Below are positions 48,401 to 59,200 of a stretch of 64,000 nt of DNA, one piece after another; within the stretch, counting starts at the first letter, position 1, and every line of letters begins with the position of its first letter. The DNA is from Azolla caroliniana. Lineage: Eukaryota > Plantae > Polypodiophyta. Both the position numbers and the translations under genes were made by a program. The stretch is from NCBI GenBank assembly GCA_043228905.1, contig JBHGNT010000012.1:12710001-12774000 (forward strand). The letters are read 5' to 3'. Below the pieces are notes generated by a model that was not told where the DNA came from, searched no databases, and was given only the letters and a program-made list of their open reading frames with translations.

Positions 48401-50988
48401 ATTACCTGCCGATAGCGAGCAAAAGAGGAAAGAAGTCTCGGGAGATCCGACACTTCGGAAGTCCGTGGATATCAGACATGCCTTCATGGATGAGACTGGG
48501 AAGAAACTTCGGATCGGTGGAGGTGGGTTCCTATTAAAGAATGAGGAAGAACGATTCCGTGGGATGCTAGAGCGACATGGGAGAGCATTTGCATTTACAT
48601 CGAAAGAAATAGGATGCGCTGACCCAAAGATAGTGGAGCCGATGGTGATCTTCACGATTGACCATGTGCCGTGGAACCTGAATCCGATTCCGGTGCCGCG
48701 GGCGCATATTCCCAAAATCATCGACTTGCTCAAGGAGAAGGTGGCGATGGGGATTTTGGAGCCATCAAACGCTCAGTGCTCAAATCGATGGTTTACGGTT
48801 CCGAAAAAGAATGGGTCACTCCGGTTTATTCAAGATTTGCAACCGGTGAACAAGGTCACAATCCGGAACTCCGGAGTCGGTCCGATAGTGGACGAATTTG
48901 CAGAAGCATTTGCCGGATGTGCGATATACTCCATTGGAGACCTATACTCCGGATACCAATTCCAACTAGCCGTGCAGAGCCGAGTCATCACTACCATGCG
49001 GACACCGATAGGATTAGTCCGTATGTTCACACTACCACAAGGCGCAACAAATTCTGTCGCACATATGATGAATGCAATGAACAAGGTGCTCCGGGATTGC
49101 ATTCCGGAGATAACGATGCCGTTCCTAGATGACATTCCGATAAAAGGATGCGCGGTGGAAGAAAAAGATGAGACTATGGATGATCGGGGATGCCGAAAGT
49201 TCGTAGTCGACCATATTCGTGATTGTGAGAAAGTGCTTCGAAAGTTAGAAGATGTGCACCTAACACTTTCCGGTGAGAAATCGGCATTCGGGCAAGAAGA
49301 AATATTGGTAGTCAGACATCTATGTCGGCCCTACGGCCGAAGACCGTCACCAACCAAGATCGATGCAATTGAAGCTATGAAAGAAGTATGCAAGTCACAA
49401 TCCGAAGTCGGAAGGTTTCTTGGAGCATGTGCATTCTATCACATATGGATTCCGCACTATACACATATTGCGGACCCACTCTATCACTTGCTGCGAAGGG
49501 GTAAGAAGTTCGAATGGAAACTGGAGCATACCAAAGTCATGAAGAAGCTCAAGAAATCACTACGGAGGGCAAAAGCACTTAAGAAGCCGAACTATGACCG
49601 ACCAATCATAGTAATGGTTGACACAAGTCCAATCGGAATCGGATGATTAATCAATCAAGCCGACTCGGATGGTTCGCAACGAAAGGCAACGCAGATATGC
49701 ATAAGTTAAAAGAGAATTATGGGGAGTCGTGTCGGCAATCAAATCGGATCGAGATTATTTGATCGGAGCTGAAGTAGTGATCGAAACGGATTGTCTTCCG
49801 ATACTCGGGATGATGCGGTGTTGCACAATACCAATGTGGCTTTGCTAAGATGGATTGCGTATGTTAAGTCACTTAATCCGGAGGTAAGACACATCTCCGG
49901 AAAAGACAACGCTGTAGTGGATATGCTATCAAGGGCGCGGTTCGGAGATGACATAACCGAATCCAATAATGAAGAAGTTTCCGAAGACTACTTTGCTTCG
50001 GAGCAAATATGCCGGGTGGACGTAATCCAAGAATTCCGGGAAGAAGAATACAAGGGAGAAAGTTTGTTGATCGGGAAAATGCTACGAGAAATCGAGGAAT
50101 AATCGGACAATAAAGAGAAGAGAGCCGAGATTTGAAGTAAGAAACGACAAGTCCGAAAGTTCTTCTTGAAAAATGGATTACTATGGAGGGAGCCGAAAAG
50201 ACCGGATGGCATACCACTTCGAGTAGTCGGGACGAAAGAGCAACGAAACCGGGTAATGTCCGAATTTCACGAATCTGAATGGTCTGGACATCGGGGAACA
50301 TGGGCAACATTTGGGAAGATCAAGCAAAGATATTGGTGGAAGAATATGTACAAAGATGTCGCGGAGTTCACGGAAAGCTGTGAGAAGTGTCAAATCTACT
50401 CCGGAGTTCGACACCGAGATGAGTTACATCCGACATTCTCACCGACAATCAACTTCAAATGGATGGTCAACATTGTAGCCATGCCAACCTGGATCGGACA
50501 AAAGAAGTACTTGGTGTTAGCTCGGGAAGATCTCACAAACCAAGTAGAAGTCGGGCGCTACGGAGGAAAACGTGTTCTACGGTATGCCAATTCCTTTTGG
50601 AAGAAGTGTTTTGTAGGTATGGGTGCGTAGGACAAGTGATTGCGGATCGGGGAGAAATTGACTCTGATAAAGCTAGGGGATTCTTCGCCAAACATGGAGT
50701 TCGGTTAACACTAACAACGGCATACAATCTGGAAGCCAACGGGAAGGTCGAGCGAGGACATAGTCCGATCGTCAAAGCACTTGCCAAAGCATGCGACGGA
50801 AGGGTGAAGGATTGGCCGCAGATGCTTCCGTATGCACTATGGGCGGATCGGACGACACATAGCTCCGTAATCGGCTACATGCCGGCAGAACTCATGACCG
50901 GACAAGCACCGGTAATGCCTACGGAAACCGTGATTACGACATGGATAGTGTTACCGTGGAAAGAAGAGAGGAGCCGGGAAGAACTACT

Positions 50989-51729
50989 TGACGGAAACTG
51001 GTCGTTCCTTATGCGCAACGCTCGGCCACAACTGAGCTTAGAATGGTACACAGAAAACGGGAAATAAGACACGACACAAAGAAGAAGACAATACACAGGA
51101 GGTTTACGGGGAAATCCCCAAACTAGGGAAAAAAACCACGGCAGCCCACAGGCTGCAAACTGTCACTATGTAAGAATGTACAAAATAGTGAGTTCACGGA
51201 GGCAACGACCTCGGACTCACGATCTTCGCCACAGGCGGCGGTTACAACAGAGGCAGCGACCTCTTTCTCTCTCTCTCTCTCTCTCTGTACAACGTTACGT
51301 ACTCTCTCTTCTTCTTGCACCAACAAGAAAAATGACAACACCTACTAATAGTTTGCCCAAAGTCATATTTATACTAATATGACTTTTCGGCTATTTACAA
51401 ATATAGCCTCGATGGACTATCAGAAAACATATTTACGAATATGTCTCTTCATCCAGTTCTCCGTAGCCGGGTACTCCTCATCCGGTCTTCATCGGGTCTG
51501 CATCATCCGGCCCTCCGTAGCCGGGTACTCCACATCCGGTTCATACCGGGTCTGCACCATCCGGCCCTCCGTAGCCGGGTACTCCTCATCCGGTCTTCAC
51601 CGCGTCTGCATCATCCGACTCTCCGTAGCCGGGTCCACCTCATACGGTTTCGGCCTCGGCCCATCGGTCGAGTTTGTTCATCAGCACTTTTCTTCTCCCT
51701 TCCCATCCGGAGGGACCTGTCTCCCAACA
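50989..51729. mobile_element. Solo LTR (741 bp) inserted in the integrase of E
   Basis: TG..CA ends; TSD CTACT at 50984-50988 and 51730-51734; removal restores EELLAVRIRQLEG; contains about 3.5 copies of a 54-bp repeat (about 51460-51650). Confidence 0.88.
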
Positions 51730-53210
51730 CTACTAGCGGTCCGGATACGACAACTGGAGGGAAGACCGGAAGACATAGCGGAAGCAATACGCCGACAACA
51801 AGCAGCGCGATTCCGGAATAAAAGCCGGTTCGACACAAAGAACCGACTACGACAGCGGAAGATTGAAGAAGGAGATTGGATGATTGTCTACGATAGTAGT
51901 TTGGATCATCAACATACAACGATGCGGAAGTTCGCGAAAAGGTGGTTCGGGCCATACGAGGTTCGGAAAGTTTTCGACAACGGAACTTACCGACTATGCG
52001 AGTTAGATGGAACAATGCTACGAGTGCCTATAGCCAGGAAACGGGTAAAGATTTTCAAGAAGCGGACTGATGAAGAACCCTATGTGATCCTAGACAAGAC
52101 CGACCAAAAGGAGCAATCAGACGAAGATCGCGGTGATGCGGAAAGCGAAGAAAGTGGATTAGAACTCATCATCGTCTTAAGGGAAGAATCGGAGGAAGCT
52201 TCGGATGAAGGTGAATAGCAAGCATCGGGGACTTCGGCACATAGGGGGCGAGTGTCGTAGTGTAATTCGTACACGACGTGAAAAATTACATTTTCGGTCT
52301 CTCTGGATAGGACATGGAGTACCGGTGAGAACCGGAAGAAGGAATCAGTAAGGACCCAAACCGGCAAGGAGACCCGACAAGAGCCGGATGAAGAAGGCCG
52401 GTGACAGTCGGTGAGAAACGGACGAAGAGATCGGTAAGGAGGTCCTGGTAAGAACCGGACAAAGAAAACTATCAAGCACCGGATGAAGCAGAACTGGAAA
52501 GAGCCGAATGAAGAAGGCCGGTGAGAGTCTCACCGGATGAAGAGATATATTTGTAAATAGAAGAAAATATAAAAAATATATATATTACATGCATAGGGCA
52601 ATATTCGAACCTTGCACCTCCATGTCAATAATGTTAAGCCTTATCATTATAGTAGAGTATTATGAATTTTAAAGTTATACTAAACTTTATTCCATGTAAA
52701 ATTTCTAGACATGCATGGTACAAAAGTTATTCATGCATAGACACTCGAGTTAAAAAGAAAAGATGAGATAGAAAGCTAATCATGCACATGCAGTGTGCAT
52801 GAAAACTAAAGATAGAAAAAGCATGATGCTTGCATGGGATAAACTTAGACTCTTCCAACACTATATAAGGAAGAGAGAAAGATGTATAGAGGTTGTTGAT
52901 TATTTTACAAGGGGATTAATATAATATAATCGTGGGATTCACGAGTTTGCTAATTATTTTTCTCTCTTAATTTGAGTACTCACTAATACACTATACTCGT
53001 GGGATTCACGAGTTTGCTAATTATTTTTCTCTTTTAATTTGAGTACTCACTAATACACTATACTCGTGGGATTCACAAGTTTTTCATATCTTTCTTTCTT
53101 ACAATATATTTCATATTCTTAATTGCCTTAGAATTTTCTTTCCTCCTAATCCAAAACCTCAGCGGTTCCCACCCAACTCACGCAACGATCCGGAGCTGTA
53201 AGGCACGACA

Positions 53211-53969
53211 ACGCTGAGGACTCCAAATGAGCCAGAAATGGATCGGGCCCTGCCTTCGTAATGAAGCACAAGGCCAATTCAATGGCCGTGAACACCTCGA
53301 AATCGAGCGAGGTGTGGTATGTTGATTCTGGAGAATCAAATCATATGACGAGTCATGAGGAAAAGTTCTCGTACTTGGAGAAGCCAGAGAAACAAGGGGT
53401 AGTCGAAACAGGAGATGACACCTCGTATACCATCGAACATGTTGGTGAAGTTCCCCTCAGCCATGTCGGGCAGAAAGGGAAACTTTTGAATGTGCTACAT
53501 GTCCCCATAATAATGAAGAACCTGGTGTCAGTCGGACAGATCGTCGACCAAGGGATGCCAGTTCGATTCACGCATCTAGGGTGCTTCATAGAAGAGGAGG
53601 GCAAAATAATCGCGCAAGGGCACCGGGAAGGGAGGATGTGTATCTTCGAAACCAACAATGTGGGCACCTATGTTTGCAAAAGGGCAGAAGGTCGAGTCAG
53701 AAATCGGCCTGTGGCATAAGCGGTTCGGCCATATTAACTTCTCGCGGCTTCGTGAAATGCAGACGAAGAACATTGTGTTCGGCTTGCCGAAATTTCGAGA
53801 CCGGAATGGCCAACTCTGTGAAGCGTGTAATTGTAGTCGAAATCCGTTGGATTTGATCCATTCGGATGTGTGGGGTCCGGCACAGAATGTGAGTCTCAGT
53901 GGAAGCCGTTACTTTGTAACCTTCATCAATAACTTCACTTGGCACACGTGGGTATGGACGATCGGGAAG
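53211..53969 (+). mobile_element. Ty1/copia element continuation: protease and integrase N-terminal part
   Basis: WYVDSGESNHMT; LWHKRFGH..CEAC; LIHSDVWGP..RYFVTFI; same element as 41730-43121. Confidence 0.88.
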
Positions 53970-56210
53970 TGTCAGGAATAGTACTAAGCAGAGAGAGAAT
54001 TAGTACTAAAGAAGAGAAGTACTATTAGTACTAAGAGGCGATCTCATCAGCTAATATATTATGTGAAGCATAAGTACAAAGTTGCTAAGACGCTTAACAC
54101 TGGCGTTGAACCAATTTGGTTCAAAACAATGCCTTGTGCCTCCTTATATAGTGCTCTCAGGAGTAGTTCTCAAGCTTCTAGAATGTTCTAGAGAAATCTG
54201 GAATATACATTAATTTCTTATAATAAAGCATAAATGAAAATAATATCCTACAAATTACAATGGATGGTGTAATGGTTAAGAGCTCGACCCATATACCATA
54301 AGGTCATGGATTTGAGTCTTGCCATATCATGACACTATCCCCCCCCTTAAGATGACGAGTGGAACGAGTCGACGCTGATTGAGGACCGGGTTTGTCGGGA
54401 TATTGTCGGTGAAAATCAACAAGAAGATCCTAAGCATTGGTGACATGCTCGACGGGCTCCCAAGTATGTTCGCTTAGACTATAGCCGAGCCAATCGACCA
54501 AATAATAAAGTTTGTTGCGAACAAATTTGGAGTCGAGGATGGCAGCAACTTCATACTCCGGGCCGGCGTCTAACTCAAGCGGGGGCGGCGGCGGTGTAAC
54601 ACGATCGGGAAGAGTGTTTGCTTTATAAGGTTCAAGAAGAGAACTATGGAAGACCGGATGTATCCGAAGATGCGGAGGAAGATCAAGGCGGAACGTGACA
54701 TCATTAACCTTATCGGTAATACGGAAAGGACCGAGTCGGCGATAATCCAACTTGTCGCACGGTCGAGTAGTCTTGATGTGACGACGTAAAAGCCATACTC
54801 GATTTCCGATGGCAAAAGAGGAGGGAAGCCGATGACGATCCACGTAAGTCTTCTGTGTCTGTTGAGCATGACAAAGATGAGTAGAGAGATCCATCTGGAT
54901 CTTGCTTTCTCTCCAAATGATCCTCGGCACGAGGATTGGTAGGTAGCTCCGGGGTGTCGATCACCGAGCAGCGAGGATGAGAACCGGTATAAGTGTAGAA
55001 TGGGGAGACTTGAGTCGAGGAGTGAACATCATTATTATATGCAAACTCCACAAAGTGGAGAATCTTGGCCCAATCGTCCTGTTGATAACTCAGGAAACAC
55101 CAGAGATATTGCTCCAGCGTTTGGTTTGTTCGTTACGCATACCCATTGGTCTGAGGATGGTAGCCGGAGGAGAGGTTGCAAGAGACCTTGAGCATCTGGA
55201 AGAGATGCTGCCAAAATTTGGAGACGAATTGCGGTCCTCAGTCACTGATGATACTGTCTAGGAGGCCATGATGCCGAAATACCTCACGCATGACAAGGGC
55301 GGCGGTTTCCTTGCTAGTGGATACCTTAGTACATGGCACAAAATGTGCCATCTTAGTATATCGATCGATGACGGTTATGATAGCATCGAACCCCTTCGAG
55401 ACCAGCAGATCTGTGATAAAGTCAAGACAAATAGACTGCCACGGCTTACTTGGAATCGGTAAGGGTTCCAACAAGCCATATGGATGGTGTCATGGCATCT
55501 TTGCTCGGCAGCAAGCATCACAGGTCCGAACTTAGTCGTTGACAAAACGTCGCATATGGGGCCACCAAAAGGATCGTTGAACTAGATCCAATGTCTTAGT
55601 GCTACCAAAATGTCCCGCCATATGGGTGTCGTGACAACTTTGGACGATTTGAAGGCAACAGGAGCAATCGGGGATATACACAAGCTTTTTAAAGAATAAC
55701 AAACCATGATGATATTCGAATTGTCGGTAGTCCATACCTGGTTGTTGAGACTGGGAACAAGATGCCAGAAAGGTATCAATGTGTGCCAAAATGTCTTGAG
55801 CAAAATTGTTTGTCTTCAAATTCGCATGTATGGTGTCGGTAATCTGGGAATCCATTGGGGTATAAAAAATCCGTGTTGTGTACAATCGTGTTGGTCCCAA
55901 GATTACTTGCTTTGGATTATCGAACGTTGGATCACCAGGACGAGGTGCAAGATATGAATGTCATGATAGTGCATCTTCCTTTCCTTGCTGCTTCCCCAGT
56001 CGATATGCGATTTTGAAATCAAAACGTATGAGGAATTGAGCCCACCTAGCTTGCCGTCAATTTAGCACACGAGCATTTTGGAAATAAGAAAGATTCTTGT
56101 GATCACTGAAGACGATGACCTGATGTGGAGAGCCCTCCAGAAAATGCCGCCATTGCACAAATGAATCCACGATGGCTAATAACTCCTTGTCATGTATTTC
56201 GTAGTTAATC
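53970..56210 (-). mobile_element. Decayed A-like chromovirus A2: 3' LTR 53970-54334, chromodomain-IN-RH
   Basis: LTR homologous to that of A; PPT; YEVAAILDSKFVRNKLYYLVDWLGY; cut off inside RNase H. Confidence 0.9.
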
Positions 56211-56269
56211 CTTAGGGCCGGACAATGGCCTAACACAGGGTGTCTTAGGAAGACACTTCACCAAAGGGG

Positions 56270-59200
56270 TGTTACGGCGAGATCACTTAAGACCCAACGA
56301 TTAATCCGACTTAATTGGCTACTTCGCAATAAGGCATTCAGTTAATACACGCATAAGATATAACAGTTAATACATAATGGTAATCAATACGTGAAGATAA
56401 AACAAGAAGCTTATATTAATTCTTCGTTAAAGTTTTACATTGTAACCGGGCCTTTATATAGGTCATCGGTGCTGCGTACAAAACGGTGCCAACCGGCACT
56501 TGTTCGGATCCGGATCGGCATACCGATTCCAGTCCGTCCGTTCACTACATAATTATAATCTATTCTAGTTAATTAAAATAGATTCCAAATAACAATCCCT
56601 TTCACATTCTGGTCTTTAACTCCTTTGTTGGCCGGGTAACACATGGTACGCCCGTGGGAAAGTACCTTGTACGTCGAATCCCACTATCTAGCCCTTAGCC
56701 TTCGTCCAAGATATCCAAAATACTCTGCTCCAGGGTATCCAATGGTTGTTTGGAACTCTGTTGTTGCGGTTGTTGTTGCTATTGTGGCTGCTGTTGTGGC
56801 TGTTGTGGCTGCGGTTGTGGCTACTGTTATGGCTTCGGCTCCTCCGACTGTTGCTCCTTAGATGGCGTCTGTTTGGCTCCTGGTACCGGCGGTTGTGGCG
56901 GTGATTCCTCCGTTAGCTGCTCCGCCAGATTTGACTCCAGTTGACTCACCCCGGCCTTGTCTCCGTCCGGTCCTTGCTCCAGTGATGGCTTCTCATCGCT
57001 GAGGTTGACGGTCGCCGCCTGCTTTGCTTCTTCTCTCCGTAGCCTGGTCTGCTCATAGCTTTCAAACTGGATTTGAGCATCCAGTTGATCATCATCTAGT
57101 TGTGCTACAAGTTGTTCGACCACTGCTGACTGTTCCTCCACCAGAGTTACAAAATCCTCGGCTAACTCATCCCTTACGGCGGTGAAGTCCTCCTTTGTTA
57201 GCATGTAGCAGTCGTCGCCATCCTTCTGCCGGTTTTCCGCGTTCGCCCTTAGCAATTGGAGCTCGGTTGTGTGCTATGCCCATTTGTCCCACCATTGCGC
57301 GGAACTTTCGTCAATCAAGCATTTGGTCTTGTTCCTCCATGCCTGGACAATGAACTCGATCCACTCCAATCCCATCTTCGATTTGTCGTCTGCGGCTTGC
57401 CGTTCGTCCTTCAATTGCTTGATTAGTGCCACCGTATCCGCCTCCTACTCCCAGTAATGTGACAATTGGTTTTGATAGGTGGTGTGCAACCTTTGCAATA
57501 CCATTGTCACTCTTTCCTTCTCTTCATAATGTTGCTTATGGAGCTCCATACGTTCTTGCGCGGCTTCCTCCAACAGCGTGGTTCTTTCAGCCCATTTCTT
57601 CGCTAGTGCCATCTCAACTCGATGCACCTCCTACCGGAGCTCTGCCATCTTCTCCAGCTGTTTCTTATGCTCCGTATCCAGGTGCTTGTAGTCCCGGTGC
57701 AGGTGCTCAAAATCATCGGTCTTCTGCTTCAACTTTTGGTTGAGTTGTCGGCGGGCGCGGTCTTCCCGATCCTTCTATTGACAGAGTTCTTCTTTAAGTC
57801 TTTCGATCTTTGTTTCTGCCATCTGTCGCAGCTTCTCCTTTTCTTGCAGCGCCTTTTCTTTCTCCTCCTTCAGCCGGTCATAGGCCTGATGTCCTTTCCG
57901 CAGATTCTGTTCTGCCCGATAGAGGTTCTCAGCAGTCTTTCGTTGCTCTTCTTCTGCCGCTTTCTTCAAGTCCCGCTCTCGGGTGCGTAATGCTTCCTGT
58001 GCGGCTAGTTCATCTCTCAATTCAGCAAGCTCTTTTGCTTGTGCTGCCACTATCTCCGGGACTGGTTCCATCTCCGGGGTCTTATTTTGTACATCTACCG
58101 GAGTCACCGATGCTTGGATCGGTGGTCCAGTTAAGGCCATTTTGGACAATTCATCTGTGGCCAAGTCCAAGTCTTGTTCTAAGCTCCGGATCCTTGACCG
58201 GGGCGTCTCTAGTTCTCCGGTTGTGACGAGCAACCGGTTCACCTGCGCTTTCTCTTCCGCCTCTATGTAGTGTACCACTCCGGCAATCTGTTCTCCAATC
58301 CACCGGAGCCATTGACTGCCAGTGCCCTATTGTTGCGTCTACCCGAAGGGTTGGCTGTTGGTGTCGTTGGCCAGTGGTTGGTTTTGTCTGGTTGTGTCGA
58401 GCTGCAACTTTGGCTCTTGTTGTTGACCACTTTGCCGTTCTGGTTGCAGCTCCGTTGGCCGCTTTGCCTCTGAATGCTCTTGGCCTGCCGGTGAGGTAGG
58501 CAACTATACTTCCGGCGCTTGCATTTCGGGTCTTGCCGTATCCTGACCCGCCGATAGAGGTTGTTGTGCAGGGAGCTCTATGACCAGTTCTGTCCGAACC
58601 GGTTCCGGTACCATCCTTGGTGCGGGCTGCTCAATGCGGGGTACAGGCGTTCCATCCTTCCTTGGGTCCGAACGCTCCTCGGCCTGTTCAAAGGTGCTTG
58701 CCTTCTAGCGCCGTTGGAGGTGCTCTAACGGTTCCTCCTCCGCTTCCTCCTCCTGAGTCCCGATGTTGATTTTCGCTGCCAAGGGGTCCGGCACTTGTTG
58801 AACCAGTCGGTGAAGCCTGATCTTGATTGGCCATGCCGGTGGCTCCTCTTGCGTGTCCGCCTGCCGCTTCCTATTGGCGCGCTCCTTTGCCGCTTGGTCC
58901 GTGTCGCCCGCCTTCCCTGTGGTTGCCTTAGAAGCCAACAGTTGCTGCCGTTTCGAGGCCGTTTTTGGGGTGCCTTCGGTTGTTCTTCCCCGCTTCCTAG
59001 TCTTGACAGGCTCGATAGGTGGTGCCAATAGGGTGAGCCATTGCGCCATTGCCGTCCATATCTTCCGACCCTCCTTGCCTCTAACAGAGTCAGTGGCCGC
59101 ACAGAGGCCATCCGCAATCAGTACCGGTCAGTCCACCTTCACGCCTTCATATGTTGCTATGATTAAGCCGGTCCGGTTCGGAGGCATGCACGGGGGTTGA

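Larger units (their letters stand above)
45307..53210 (+). mobile_element. Non-chromoviral gypsy element E (chimeric): LTR type 1 at 45307-45931, LTR type 2 at 52253-53210
   Basis: PBS-Trp at 45936; gag-PR 46138-47976; RT 48276-49646; RH; IN (HESEWSGH..CEKC, ADRGE, VERGH, GPY); frameshifts and stops. Confidence 0.92.

Noticed and set aside
51460-51650. CRISPR-like array
   Set aside because: The units are contiguous tandem copies without unique spacers, in eukaryotic DNA with no cas genes.
51379-52218. Novel 279-aa protein
   Set aside because: A chance in-frame fusion of the solo-LTR repeat with the integrase C-terminus of E.
56211-56269. Hairpin-rich 59 bp between A2 and F as a separate element
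   Set aside because: Too short to assign; it may belong to the F LTR, whose partner is outside the window.
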